A stretch of DNA of 64,000 nucleotides from Candidatus Nomurabacteria bacterium GW2011_GWA1_36_15 (GCA_000991415.1 LBRM01000004.1:1398-65397), one strand, 5' to 3'; positions 28,192 to 38,171 are shown, numbered from the stretch's first letter. Program-made: numbers and translations. The notes: generated by a model from the letters alone, not told the origin.

Positions 28192-29015
28192 TGATAAACT
28201 CTCCCGTGCAACAAATTAAGGAGAGGCTTTCAATCGAAGAAATAGTCTCTTCCTATATAAAGTTAGAAAAGGCAGGCGCGAATTTTAAAGCCAGATGTCC
28301 ATTTCATAACGAAAAAACACCGTCTTTTTTTGTGTCGCCGGATCGCGCCAGTTACTATTGTTTCGGTTGCGGAGCCAAAGGCGATATTTTTTCTTTTATT
28401 GAAGAATTTGAAGGGCTTGATTTTAAGGGCGCCTTAAAAATCCTGGCAGAGCGAGCGGGAATTCCTTTAGTGCAGTACAGTAAAGAAAAAGAAGGAGAGA
28501 AAGAAAAATTATACCGAGCGATGGAAGAAGCTACCAAATTTTTTGAAAAAAATTTAGCAGAAAATAAGAAAATACTGGAATACTTGAAATCAAGAGGTCT
28601 AGAAGAAAAAACAATCGGAGATTTTAAAATTGGATTTTCTTTGCTTGATTGGAGAACGTTATTTGAGTATTTGAAATCTAAAGGTTTTTCTGATAAAGAA
28701 ATTGAACTTGCTGGTTTGGTAAAGAAGACAGAGAAAGGATTTTATGACAGATTTCGCGGAAGAATAATGTTTCCAATTTCTGATTCAAGCGGTCGCATTA
28801 TTGCTTTTTCCGGCAGGATTTTTGAAGATGACGGTAAATCAGCCAAATATCTGAATAGCCCGGACACTCCAATCTTCAGTAAATCGGCAGTTTTGTATGG
28901 ATTGGATAAAGCCAAAGAATCGATTCGCAAAAATAATTTTTCTATTCTGGTGGAAGGACAAATGGATTTGATCTTATCTCATCAGGCTGGATTTAGAAAT
29001 ACCGTAGCCATTTAG
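28173..29015 (+). CDS. dnaG: DNA primase DnaG, N-terminal fragment (zinc-binding + start of TOPRIM), truncated by TAG created by 19-bp tandem duplication
   Basis: CPFHNEKTPSFFVSPDRASYYCFGCGAKGD CHC2 zinc finger; RNA-polymerase domain; ends ...ILVEGQMDLILSHQAGFRNTVAI*. Confidence 0.85.
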   Translation: MVKKQMMINSPVQQIKERLSIEEIVSSYIKLEKAGANFKARCPFHNEKTPSFFVSPDRASYYCFGCGAKGDIFSFIEEFEGLDFKGALKILAERAGIPLVQYSKEKEGEKEKLYRAMEEATKFFEKNLAENKKILEYLKSRGLEEKTIGDFKIGFSLLDWRTLFEYLKSKGFSDKEIELAGLVKKTEKGFYDRFRGRIMFPISDSSGRIIAFSGRIFEDDGKSAKYLNSPDTPIFSKSAVLYGLDKAKESIRKNNFSILVEGQMDLILSHQAGFRNTVAI

Positions 29016-29029
29016 AAATACCGTAGCCA
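28992..29029 (+). repeat. perfect 19-bp tandem duplication (tttagaaataccgtagcca x2) inside dnaG
   Basis: Copy 1 28992-29010, copy 2 29011-29029; removing one copy restores a single dnaG frame reading ...GFRNTVATSGTALSDA... (canonical TOPRIM motif). Confidence 0.9.
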
Positions 29030-29193
29030 CCTCCGGTACAGCTCTTTCAGATGCTACGGTTTCCAAAGAAAATGTCGTTTCAAATTTAGGATTATTACGC
29101 CGTCTTTCCGGGAATATTATTCTGGCTTTTGACGCAGATCGGGCAGGCTTTAATGCTTCTTCCCGGGCCGGCAAAATTGCTCTTTCTTTCGGT

Positions 29194-29925
29194 ATGGATG
29201 TAAAAGTAGTTTCTATGTCGGAAGGGATTGACCCGGCAAGTTTAATTTCCCAAGATGGCACAGATGCATGGCGCACGGCTATTCGTAACTCAAAGCACAT
29301 CATAGAATTTCTTTTGGACAAGATTTTGAATAGCCACAAAGAAGATATGCGCAAGGTTGGCAGAGAAATAAGAGAAAAAATATTGCCGTATGTCGATTCC
29401 ATTGAAAGCGCCATCGAAAAATCACATTTTATTAAAATTATCAGCAACAAATCTGGTATAGCTGAGAACGCTCTTTTAGAAGATCTGAAAAAGGTTCAGT
29501 CTGAATTGAAATTTGAAACAGAAGAGATAAGAACTGCTAAAGAAAATGTGGAGAAAAAAATGAGAAAAGATCCGATTGAACGCAGACTTCTAGGTATAGC
29601 CTTTTGGCAGGAGAACATTCAAGATAAAACCATTGATCCGGAATTGATTTTTCAAAAATTAGACAAAGCGAAAGAAATTTATAAGGATATAGAAGAAGAT
29701 TTAATTTATGAAGCGGAGGAATTTTATTCAAACAGCGAGAATTTGCAAAAAGATGTAGATGAAATGCTGTTAAATATTGAAGAGGAATATTTAAACGAAG
29801 AACTGAATAAAAAGATGGTGGAACTTAATAATTTTAAAAATAAAAAAGAGGAGATGGAAATTTTGAAAAAGATAAATGAAATAATTAAGAAAAAAGAAGA
29901 AATTAGAAATAATCGTAGTCGCTAA
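29194..29925 (+). CDS. dnaG: DNA primase DnaG, C-terminal fragment (frame open from 29008; first Met at 29194)
   Basis: Frame contiguous with post-duplication dnaG: TSGTALSDATVSKENVVSNLGLLRRLSGNIILAFDADRAG (TOPRIM DxD) ... C-terminal helical domain. Confidence 0.8.
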   Translation: MDVKVVSMSEGIDPASLISQDGTDAWRTAIRNSKHIIEFLLDKILNSHKEDMRKVGREIREKILPYVDSIESAIEKSHFIKIISNKSGIAENALLEDLKKVQSELKFETEEIRTAKENVEKKMRKDPIERRLLGIAFWQENIQDKTIDPELIFQKLDKAKEIYKDIEEDLIYEAEEFYSNSENLQKDVDEMLLNIEEEYLNEELNKKMVELNNFKNKKEEMEILKKINEIIKKKEEIRNNRSR

Positions 29926-29933
29926 TAAAAAAC

Positions 29934-31163
29934 ATGAAAACAAAAAACAAAAAATCAAAGAAAAAAATCGCAAAATCTAAATCAAAAAAGATCCACAAGA
30001 AAGCTGTAAAAAAGGTGACAAAAAAAAGAAAAGCACTTAAAAAATTCAAAAAACCCTTAAAAACAAAGGCTCTAAAAAAACTGACCTCTGCAGAAAAAAA
30101 AGCAGACGCCTTTGCTCGTCTTTCAAGTGAATTGATAGAAAAAGGGCGAAAAAGAGGATTTATCACCTATGATGAAATACTAAAGACTTTTCCGGATGTT
30201 GAAAATAATATTTTCTTCCTAGACGAACTGTATGAGAAATTTGCCATTGCGGGCATAGATGTACTGGAAGGCGGAAACTTGCTTAATCTGGATGATGATA
30301 ATCTTGATAAGGATTTAAATAAATCTACCATCCATGACTCTATTCAAATGTATTTGAAAGAAATAGGACAATATTCGCTTATTCATGCAAGCGATGAAAA
30401 ATATCTCGCTAAACGCATAGAACTAGGCGATCTGGAGGCGAAAAATTTATTAGCCAGAGCGAATCTACGCTTAGTGGTTTCAATTGCTAAAAAATATGTA
30501 GGTAGAAGCGCTAATTTAAACCTCTTGGATCTAATTCAAGAAGGGAATTTAGGACTATTTAAGGCAGTTGAAAAATTCGATTGGACTAAAGGATATAAAT
30601 TTTCCACTTATGCCACCTGGTGGATTCGTCAATCTATTACTCGTGCCTTAGCTGACCAAAGCAGGACCATTCGTATACCGGTGCATATGGTGGAAACTAT
30701 TTCAAAATATAAACAAACATATCGAAAACTTAGCCAAGACCTGGGACGAGAACCGTTAGCGGAAGAAATTGCCACAGAAATGAATATTCCCGTTGAAAAA
30801 ATCCACGTAATTGAAAACATCAGCCAAGAGACTGTTTCTCTAGAACAGCCGGTGGGGGACGATGACGATAAGTCAACTCTTGAAAATTTTATTCCGGATG
30901 ATAAAATTTTGCGTCCGGATCAGGAATCTTCTCGCAGGATCTTGTCCGATCAGATTCGGGAAGTTTTAAACGAACTGAATCCGAAAGAATGCAAAATACT
31001 GGAAATGCGTTATGGATTAGTAGATGGCATTCAACATACTCTTGAACGAGTAGGGGAGGAGTTTGGTGTTACTCGCGAACGTATTCGTCAAATAGAAGCG
31101 AAAGTTCATGAAAAACTTCGCCAACACGAAAAAATCACAAGGTTAAAGAATTATTTTGACTAA
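29934..31163 (+). CDS. rpoD: RNA polymerase sigma factor RpoD (sigma-70) with Lys-rich N-terminal tail
   Basis: Regions 2-4: [52 protein letters not shown]-terminal [20 protein letters not shown]; follows dnaG (MMS operon order). Confidence 0.95.
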   Translation: MKTKNKKSKKKIAKSKSKKIHKKAVKKVTKKRKALKKFKKPLKTKALKKLTSAEKKADAFARLSSELIEKGRKRGFITYDEILKTFPDVENNIFFLDELYEKFAIAGIDVLEGGNLLNLDDDNLDKDLNKSTIHDSIQMYLKEIGQYSLIHASDEKYLAKRIELGDLEAKNLLARANLRLVVSIAKKYVGRSANLNLLDLIQEGNLGLFKAVEKFDWTKGYKFSTYATWWIRQSITRALADQSRTIRIPVHMVETISKYKQTYRKLSQDLGREPLAEEIATEMNIPVEKIHVIENISQETVSLEQPVGDDDDKSTLENFIPDDKILRPDQESSRRILSDQIREVLNELNPKECKILEMRYGLVDGIQHTLERVGEEFGVTRERIRQIEAKVHEKLRQHEKITRLKNYFD

Positions 31164-31189
31164 ATATATTTATATACTACAATATAAAC

Positions 31190-31597
31190 ATGCAAGAAAA
31201 TGGTCCAGAAAAATTATCACCTGAAGCAAAACTAATAGCGTTAGGTGTTTCTGAAAAAATTGCAACTGATAAAATTGCAAGACTGAAAAATTCTCCTGAC
31301 CTTGTTGCGTTGAAGACCAACGTGAGAAGGACATCTCTAAGTATTCCACAGTTTTTATCATTTTTATTCAAAAATTTATATCAACAAAAACAAGTCAAAC
31401 AAAGAGTTATCGAAAGACTTCAAGAATTTAATCTTACGTCCAAAATGACTGATTATATGTTTATTTACGGTGCTGGAGAACCATTTTTGCTATTTTTTAA
31501 TGAGTATAAAAATATTATCCCTAAAGAAAAAGAAGATAAATTTGTAGAAACAGTAAATGATATCATGCTTCAAGAGTTAAGGGCATATTTATTTTAG
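31190..31597 (+). CDS. hypothetical protein
   Basis: 135-aa ORF, no recognisable motifs. Confidence 0.4.
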   Translation: MQENGPEKLSPEAKLIALGVSEKIATDKIARLKNSPDLVALKTNVRRTSLSIPQFLSFLFKNLYQQKQVKQRVIERLQEFNLTSKMTDYMFIYGAGEPFLLFFNEYKNIIPKEKEDKFVETVNDIMLQELRAYLF

Positions 31598-31671
31598 CTA
31601 AAATTTTTGTCCTCTAAAAAGTATTTAGTGCTAACCCAAATTGGGCTTGTTTACGTATTGTATCTTATTAT

Positions 31672-31691
31672 ATCTCAGCCATGGCGTAGAT
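31672..31691. promoter_or_regulatory. 20-bp imperfect palindrome atctcagccatggcgtagat (operator-like), overlaps promoter of 31718 gene
   Basis: 18/20 self-complementary; partner perfect copy at 32101-32120; TATAAT at 31705-31710 follows. Confidence 0.5.
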
Positions 31692-31717
31692 GTACTTTAG
31701 GGTGTATAATTAGAATT

Positions 31718-32086
31718 ATGGTTACAGGAAGAAAATTAAGATATAAAGGTGTATCAGTAAATATGTTCGGTATTCCGAATTTAAGTGAACCTCAAAAAGA
31801 AGAGAAAGTTTTGAAGCGCAAATATCTTCATTCTTTTATATCTGATTTTAAAAAAGATACGCCCAAAAATTTACTACTTATGTATGACATTCCTCACACA
31901 AGAAAGAAGGAAAGAGATTGGTTTCGTCGTCAGCTTAAAAACTTTGATTTTGTTATGATTCAAAAAAGTGTTTGGGTCGGTCCATCACCATTACCAAAAG
32001 ACTTCTTTAATTACTTAAAAAGAATTGGTTTGCAAAAAGAATTTAAAACATTTAAATTAGCTAAATCTTATACAAATAAGGCTTGA
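31718..32086 (+). CDS. hypothetical small basic protein (weak Cas2/VapD-like YDI...R...G...Q-SVW motif), probably leaderless
   Basis: ORF track begins at 31607 but first 37 codons cover a palindromic operator and a TATAAT box; ATG 31718 lies 8 nt after TATAAT. LLLMYDIPHTRKKERDWFRRQLKNFDFVMIQKSVW motif. Confidence 0.45.
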   Translation: MVTGRKLRYKGVSVNMFGIPNLSEPQKEEKVLKRKYLHSFISDFKKDTPKNLLLMYDIPHTRKKERDWFRRQLKNFDFVMIQKSVWVGPSPLPKDFFNYLKRIGLQKEFKTFKLAKSYTNKA

Positions 32087-32100
32087 TTATACTTTCACTA

Positions 32101-32120
32101 ATCTACGCCATGGCGTAGAT
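32101..32120. promoter_or_regulatory. 20-bp perfect palindrome atctacgccatggcgtagat downstream of 31718 gene
   Basis: Perfect inverted repeat; near-identical to site at 31672. Confidence 0.5.
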
Positions 32121-32264
32121 ATAGATTGAATATATAAATTCTAAATTAAATGTTGACATCTTGTTGAAGCACTTTTAGGGATGTGGTATAATTATCTTAT
32201 ATTATTTGAACCCACTTAAATCGTCGTTTGGGTGGATATATTATAAATTAACCCTATTAACATT

Positions 32265-32567
32265 ATGTGTAAAGATTGTTGTAAAAAAGGTGGTTGTACT
32301 ACAGCTTTGGTTGGCAAGATTCTAGTAATTGTGGGAGGAGTAAACTGGGGTTTGGTAGGTTTAGGTATGCTTTTAGGTAGTGTGGGGGGTTGGAATGTTG
32401 TAAATATGATTTTGGGTTCTGTGCCTGTGTTGGAAGCAGTGGTTTACGTATTGGTAGGTATTTCGGCTGTGATGATGATTTTTGGTTGTAAATGCGGCAA
32501 ATGTGTGAATGGTGTTTGTGCTTGTTGCGCAAATACGGATGCAAATAAAACAGAGGGAGGAATGTAA
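32265..32567 (+). CDS. DUF378-family small membrane protein with Cys-rich N- and C-termini
   Basis: GGVNWGLVGLGMLLGSVGGWNVV matches DUF378 GLNWGLVG core; flanked by CKDCCKKGGC and CKCGKCVNGVCACC; TTGAAG-17-TATAAT promoter upstream. Confidence 0.6.
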   Translation: MCKDCCKKGGCTTALVGKILVIVGGVNWGLVGLGMLLGSVGGWNVVNMILGSVPVLEAVVYVLVGISAVMMIFGCKCGKCVNGVCACCANTDANKTEGGM

Positions 32568-32587
32568 TTTACACAGTTTTTTCAAAA

Positions 32588-32619
32588 AAGAGCGAAAACT
32601 TTTGTATTCGCTCTTTTTT
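32588..32619 (+). terminator. rho-independent terminator
   Basis: agagcgaa-loop-ttcgctct followed by TTTTTT. Confidence 0.75.
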
Positions 32620-32663
32620 CGTTTGCTTTTTCCATCTAAGATGCTATATTCTAATATATAAAT

Positions 32664-33938
32664 ATGGTTTCATTTTCAGGTGTGGTATTCTATGTTTTGA
32701 CTTTTTTGTCTGTTTATGTGCAGGTGTTTTTTCTGATTACTTTTCTTGAGAATAGAAAAAAAATAATTATAAGAAATGAACCAGTTAAACTTGCTAAGTA
32801 TCCGAAGGTGACAATCATTGTTCCTTGTTGGGATGAAGAAAAAACAATTTACAAAACAGTACGTTCTTTACTTAACTTGAATTATCCGAAAGATAAAATT
32901 GAAATTTTTTTAATCGATGATGGATCCACTGATGGCACCTGGAATATCATTAGAAAATTTGCTAAACCTGCCCGACCCAACGGTCGTTCGGGCGGGTATC
33001 CCAATATAAGAATTTTTCATAAAGAAAATGGCGGTAAGTATACTGCCCTGAATCTAGGTCTCAAATACGTTCAAACTAATTTTTTGGGTTGTCTTGATGC
33101 TGACTCTGTGGCGGACCCCGAATCCCTTGTTCGTGTCATAAGTTATTTTGAAAAGGATCCTAACATTATGGCAGTGGCTCCGTCAATCATAGCTTTCAAA
33201 TCCAAAAATATAATTCAAAATGCTCAAAAAGCTGAATATGATATGTCTGTTTATATCAAAAAAATGCTTGGTTTTTTAGGGGCTATTCATGTTACTCCCG
33301 GTCCGTTAACCATCTTTCGCAGAAAAGTCTTTGATGATTTGGGTCCTTATCGTCATGCGCACAACACAGAAGACATGGAAATCGCTTACAGAATGCAAAA
33401 AAATCATTACAGAATAGAACAATGCAATGACGCTTATGTTTATACCAATACTCCTTTAACGATTAGAAAACTTTATAGGCAGAGATTGCGTTGGATTTAT
33501 GGATTCATAAATAATACGATCGATTATCGGAAAATACTTTTTAGAAAAAATTACGGTAATTTTTCACTCTTTACCATACCTTCCAGCATTATTTCTATTT
33601 TTGCTGTCGGTTTTCTTTTTGGGAAAATGATTTATAGTTTGGGTAGTTTTTTATTCTCAAAAATTATTCAATTTCAGGCCATAGGTCTTCATTTACCGAA
33701 TAAGGTAGATTATCTTGATCCATTTTTCATCAATACTCAGACTTTATTTTTTATTGTGGTAATATTATATTTTTTGATAATGTTTTCGATAATCTTGGGA
33801 AGAAAAATGACTGAAGGCAAATGGGGTTTTTCTTTTGATATGATTTACTTTCTTTTAATTTTCAGCGCTATTGGCCCGTTCTGGCTTTTAAAGGCGGTTT
33901 ATAATACTGTTTTATCCAGGAAACCAGGCTGGAGATAA
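32664..33938 (+). CDS. family-2 processive beta-glycosyltransferase (PgaC/IcaA/cellulose-synthase-like)
   Basis: N-terminal TM, DDGSTDGT, YTALNLG, LDADSVADPESL (DxD), QRLRWIYG (QxxRW), C-terminal TM helices. Confidence 0.75.
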   Translation: MVSFSGVVFYVLTFLSVYVQVFFLITFLENRKKIIIRNEPVKLAKYPKVTIIVPCWDEEKTIYKTVRSLLNLNYPKDKIEIFLIDDGSTDGTWNIIRKFAKPARPNGRSGGYPNIRIFHKENGGKYTALNLGLKYVQTNFLGCLDADSVADPESLVRVISYFEKDPNIMAVAPSIIAFKSKNIIQNAQKAEYDMSVYIKKMLGFLGAIHVTPGPLTIFRRKVFDDLGPYRHAHNTEDMEIAYRMQKNHYRIEQCNDAYVYTNTPLTIRKLYRQRLRWIYGFINNTIDYRKILFRKNYGNFSLFTIPSSIISIFAVGFLFGKMIYSLGSFLFSKIIQFQAIGLHLPNKVDYLDPFFINTQTLFFIVVILYFLIMFSIILGRKMTEGKWGFSFDMIYFLLIFSAIGPFWLLKAVYNTVLSRKPGWR

Positions 33939-33978
33939 AGAGTAGTAAAAAGTTTGTAAAGTAATCAAGTTATAAAGT

Positions 33979-34680
33979 ATGGAAAATAATACTCATATTG
34001 ATTGGAAAAAATATGTAATTGTCTTTTTGTTTACGGTTGGACTTTTTCTAAGCGCCAGTTATGTCAGCAATTATTTTGGCAACAAGAAAATTGATCAATT
34101 GAAATTGATTCAAGATAAAATTTCTATCGATATCTTATCTTCCGAGACTCAATTTTCGTTACTCTCAGAACTTTCTTGTAAAAATATTTCTGATTCTATA
34201 ATTTCTGGTGAGCTCGGCGAGCTAGGGCGTAAACTAGAATGGGGACAGGAAAATATAGGTATGACTGATACAGTTTCCTATTTGAAAAAATATTATTCTC
34301 TGCTAGAAATTAAAGACTATCTTTTAACAAAAAAGATTTCTGCCCGTTGTAATACAAAATCCGCATTTATTCTTTATTTTTATACCACCGCGGAAAATTG
34401 CAGTGAATGTGAAAAGCAGGGACTAGCCCTTTCAGCTCTCAGGGATAAATATCCGGAACTCCGCGTATACTCTTTTGATTATAGTATTGATCTTTCAGCT
34501 GTAAAGGCGATGCTTCAAATATACAAAATAGAAGATACAAAGCTTCCCGCATTAGTTATTGATGAAGACGTATTGACTGGTTTCCATAGTATAGACGAGC
34601 TTGAAATTCGCGTAAAAGAATCTTTCAAGCTTCAGGAAACGAAGCCGGAAGAGGCTGTTCCACAAAAAACTCAGTTATAA
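33979..34680 (+). CDS. membrane-anchored thioredoxin-like protein (CSEC active-site-like motif)
   Basis: N-terminal TM; ILYFYTTAENCSECEKQ resembles Trx-fold WCxxC region; otherwise uncharacterised. Confidence 0.35.
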   Translation: MENNTHIDWKKYVIVFLFTVGLFLSASYVSNYFGNKKIDQLKLIQDKISIDILSSETQFSLLSELSCKNISDSIISGELGELGRKLEWGQENIGMTDTVSYLKKYYSLLEIKDYLLTKKISARCNTKSAFILYFYTTAENCSECEKQGLALSALRDKYPELRVYSFDYSIDLSAVKAMLQIYKIEDTKLPALVIDEDVLTGFHSIDELEIRVKESFKLQETKPEEAVPQKTQL

Positions 34681-34806
34681 ATCTTTTCTGGCGGACAAAA
34701 CGAAGCCAGTGCCCGCAGGCGAAAAGCTTTATAACTGAGTTTTTTTAGTTTTCCACAGTTTCACCTTGACTATACCCCCTAGGGGTATATACTTTTAATA
34801 AATATT

Positions 34807-35214
34807 ATGAAATATTTATTTACATCAATTTTAATTATTAGTTTCGTCGGGATAGCTATTTTGGGCTTTTCCATTTTTAATCATGGTATGAGTAACGCAG
34901 ATTATAGCTGTGTCACCTCTCCAATAGATGGAACAGTATGTCCGACCAATATTGTCGCTATGACTTTAGACCATATCTCTACCCTGCAGGCGCTTACAAT
35001 ATCAGTAACGCCATTAGTTTCCAGTTTGCTATTATTACTCGCGTCTTTGCTTCTCATTTTATTTTTGGTATTTATATTTTATAAATATTTGTTATATCCA
35101 AAACTTGAATTGTTATTCCAGCGTTTTAAAAGTCTGGTATTTAATTTTTTGTATAGTCAACGAAAGATTATTTCTTGGCTTTCTCTTTTGGAAAATAGTC
35201 CCTCTGTATCATAA
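34807..35214 (+). CDS. hypothetical small membrane protein (2 predicted TM helices)
   Basis: Hydrophobic segments ILIISFVGIAILGF and LLLLLASLLLILFLVFIFY. Confidence 0.4.
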   Translation: MKYLFTSILIISFVGIAILGFSIFNHGMSNADYSCVTSPIDGTVCPTNIVAMTLDHISTLQALTISVTPLVSSLLLLLASLLLILFLVFIFYKYLLYPKLELLFQRFKSLVFNFLYSQRKIISWLSLLENSPSVS

Positions 35215-35306
35215 AGAACATCTCAAAATACCTTCTTTTTATTAGATTTTTTGAGATGCGAAAATCCTTAGTCGAGGATTTTTTAATCATTTAATACTTA
35301 AACTTT

Positions 35307-35819
35307 ATGAAAACAAAAACCATTATTTCTATTCTTATTGTAATTTTCTTTATCGCAGGGCTCTATATCTGGGGTTATTCTACTAAAGGCGGTACAGCTA
35401 ATTCTGTTCAGGATGCTCCAACTCTAAATATTTCCAATGGTTCACTTGTTGCTGCGGAAAAATTTTATGATTTTGGCGCAATCTCGATGAAAAACGGGGA
35501 AGTGGCCAAAGAATTTACAATAACTAATCCTAACGACGGAGATATTATTCTAAGCAAGGTATTGACTTCTTGTATGTGTACAAACGCGTATATAGTAAGA
35601 CCAGATGGCAGTATGAAAGGTCCATTTGGTATGGCTGGACATGGAGCTTCTTCGATTGACGAAGTTATAAAGGCCGGAGAAAATCGAATTGTTCGGGTAA
35701 TCTTCGACCCTAATGCTCACGGACCAGCCGGTATTGGGAACATAGACAGATTTATTAGTCTAACAGATACCTCAGGCAATACGCTTCAACTTGAAATAAA
35801 AGCATTGGTAACTCCATAA
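35307..35819 (+). CDS. DUF1573-domain protein (secreted/membrane-anchored)
   Basis: FYDFGAISMKNGEVAKEFTITNPNDGDIILSKVLTSCMCT matches DUF1573 signature (hDFG.V..GE....F.F.N.G..PL.I..V..SCGCT). Confidence 0.6.
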   Translation: MKTKTIISILIVIFFIAGLYIWGYSTKGGTANSVQDAPTLNISNGSLVAAEKFYDFGAISMKNGEVAKEFTITNPNDGDIILSKVLTSCMCTNAYIVRPDGSMKGPFGMAGHGASSIDEVIKAGENRIVRVIFDPNAHGPAGIGNIDRFISLTDTSGNTLQLEIKALVTP

Positions 35820-35824
35820 TAATT

Positions 35825-36604
35825 ATGAAAAAAATTACAACAGTATTAATAATCATAGTTCTTGCCATTGTTGGCATAGTTATTTTGAAGAACAGTTCAG
35901 TAACTGCTTCATTTATCTGGGACTTAAGCAACAAAGGCGCATGGCTTTTGCCTCTCGTTTTAATTTCTGCGCTTCTTGATAGCGTGCATCCATGTTCATT
36001 CTCCATTCTTCTGATTACTATTGCATTTCTGTTTGGTATACAAATGACCAGGAAAAAAATTCTTCAGATAGGCGGAATATACATTGCCGGGATTTTTACG
36101 GCCTATCTTTTAATTGGTCTCGGTATTTTAAAAGTTTTGCATCTTTTCAATACCCCGCACTTTATGGGGAAATTAGGTGCAACTCTTTTAATTGTGTTTG
36201 GAATTATAAATCTGGTAAATTATCTTTTTCCAAAATTTCCAATCAAATTCAAAATTCCATCAGTTTCTCATACGGCAATGGGAAAGCTAATGGAAAAAGC
36301 TTCTTTTCCAGCATCTTTTGGCTTGGGTCTGTTGGTTGGTATTTGTCAATTTCCATGTATGGGTGGTCCATATCTTATGGTAATTGGATTATTGCGTGAT
36401 CAAGTTACATATTTTAGCGGTTTTGGTTACTTAGTACTCTATAATTTAATTCTCATCATACCTTTGGTGACAGTACTTTGGATAACGGCTGATAAAATAA
36501 TTGTTGATAAAATGCAGGAATGGAAAAAAACAAATATGCAAGGAGTGCGATTTTGGGCCGGCCTTGCTATGATTATTATTGGTATCTTAATCTTTTTTAT
36601 CTAA
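35825..36604 (+). CDS. CcdA/DsbD-like transmembrane thiol-disulfide transfer protein (cytochrome c biogenesis family)
   Basis: Polytopic membrane protein with conserved Cys in TM segments (DSVHPCSFS and GICQFPCMGGPYL) as in DsbD_2/CcdA family. Confidence 0.45.
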   Translation: MKKITTVLIIIVLAIVGIVILKNSSVTASFIWDLSNKGAWLLPLVLISALLDSVHPCSFSILLITIAFLFGIQMTRKKILQIGGIYIAGIFTAYLLIGLGILKVLHLFNTPHFMGKLGATLLIVFGIINLVNYLFPKFPIKFKIPSVSHTAMGKLMEKASFPASFGLGLLVGICQFPCMGGPYLMVIGLLRDQVTYFSGFGYLVLYNLILIIPLVTVLWITADKIIVDKMQEWKKTNMQGVRFWAGLAMIIIGILIFFI

Positions 36605-36608
36605 AATT

Positions 36609-37511
36609 ATGAATAAATTTTTGAAAGAATATTCTCTTCAGATGAGTATAGTTGTTACTGCTCTTGTTTTTGCCGGCGCTTGGATATATACGGCGGGGTT
36701 GAAAGATAGAATGCAACAAAAAGCGAATGTTGCGGTAAATCAGGATGAAGCTTTAATGTCTGGATTAGAAGAATCTGTTTTACCTTCGGAAGGCGTTATA
36801 TTGCCAGTAGTATGGGGAGACCTTGGAAAAAAATTAGCTGATACTGGCATAATAGACGAAACTAAATTCAAAGCTATTTACGAACAAAGGGGAACCTTTA
36901 CTGATGAATATAAAAACTTACTTCTTGGGGAAAACAACGGCAAGTTAAAAATAACCAAAGAAAATTCCGGTTATTTATTAAATATGCTTTGGGCTCTTGG
37001 TTTAGCAAATAAAAATTCTATTTTAGAGACAGGTGAAATGATGAATCCAATATATGGCGGAGCGCAAAATTTTGCTTCTACTGGCGGCTGGAATTTGGCT
37101 AGAGGAAATGCAATGGATCATTACAGTATGTATAAATTGTTTATTTTGACACCGGAACAGCAAGCCCTGGTGGAAAAAATATCTATGGGTATTTATAGAC
37201 CATGTTGTGGCAATTCAACTCATTTTCCTGACTGCAATCACGGAATGGCAATGTTGGGACTTCTTGAACTTATGGCTTCGCAAAATGTGAGCGAACAAGA
37301 TATGTGGAAAACTGCTCTAGTAGTTAATTCTTATTGGTTTCCTGATACATATATGACTATAGCGACTTATATGCAAAATAAAGGAATTGAATGGAAAGAT
37401 GTGAGTGCGCAAGAGATACTTGGAGCCGATTATTCCAGCGCAAGAGGATATCAAAACATAGCTTCTCAAATTGTTGTGCCAAAACGACAGCAAAATGGAT
37501 GTGGAATTTAG
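36609..37511 (+). CDS. hypothetical exported Cys-containing protein
   Basis: N-terminal TM/signal; Cys cluster YRPCCGNSTHFPDCNHG; no family recognised. Confidence 0.35.
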   Translation: MNKFLKEYSLQMSIVVTALVFAGAWIYTAGLKDRMQQKANVAVNQDEALMSGLEESVLPSEGVILPVVWGDLGKKLADTGIIDETKFKAIYEQRGTFTDEYKNLLLGENNGKLKITKENSGYLLNMLWALGLANKNSILETGEMMNPIYGGAQNFASTGGWNLARGNAMDHYSMYKLFILTPEQQALVEKISMGIYRPCCGNSTHFPDCNHGMAMLGLLELMASQNVSEQDMWKTALVVNSYWFPDTYMTIATYMQNKGIEWKDVSAQEILGADYSSARGYQNIASQIVVPKRQQNGCGI

Positions 37512-37545
37512 TAAAAAATTATAAACTTAATTAATAAAAAATATT

Positions 37546-38076
37546 ATGACAACAGAACATAAAGTTATTGGAGGAATTATAATACTAACATTGGTTATTA
37601 TATTCGGTAGCGTGTGGTTTTCCAGTAAACAAGCGGTAGAAAATAAAGATAGACTCAGTAAACCCATGATGGGAGAAAAAATGGCAGATGAAGGTGCACA
37701 GCATGTCAAAGAAGGAGAATCACATGAACCATATAATTCAAATCCCCCGACTTCTGGTCCGCATTGGGCCGATGTGGCAGGACCTGGGATAAAAGACGAG
37801 TTTATTCCTGACGAACTTGTTCTTCACAGTATGGAACATGGCGCGGCGGTCGTGTGGTATAGGGAAGGATTGGATTCAAATGAAGTAGATAAAATTAAAC
37901 AAGCATTTAATGATTCTTCTGGAAAGAAAATAATATTAGCTCGCGAAGATCTTGATGTGCCAGTCGCTTTAACGTCATGGGGCTATCTTTTGAAACTTCA
38001 GACAATCGATGAAGCAATGATTAAAGAATTTATTGAAACAAATAACGATAGGGCACCAGAGGAGGCGCCTATTTAA
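37546..38076 (+). CDS. DUF3105-domain membrane-anchored protein
   Basis: YNSNPPTSGPHW...LVLHSMEHGAAVVWY matches DUF3105 conserved core. Confidence 0.55.
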   Translation: MTTEHKVIGGIIILTLVIIFGSVWFSSKQAVENKDRLSKPMMGEKMADEGAQHVKEGESHEPYNSNPPTSGPHWADVAGPGIKDEFIPDELVLHSMEHGAAVVWYREGLDSNEVDKIKQAFNDSSGKKIILAREDLDVPVALTSWGYLLKLQTIDEAMIKEFIETNNDRAPEEAPI

Positions 38077-38171
38077 TGAATTGTTCATCCACAGCTCTCG
38101 ATTTGACATATAGGGTATAGGGGTATATAGTATAAGTAAGGTCGAAATTTATACATTAATTTATAAAATTT

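Noticed and set aside
31607-31717. N-terminal 37 codons of track ORF 31607-32086
   Set aside because: Region contains a 20-bp operator-like palindrome and a TATAAT box; coding is more plausible from ATG 31718.
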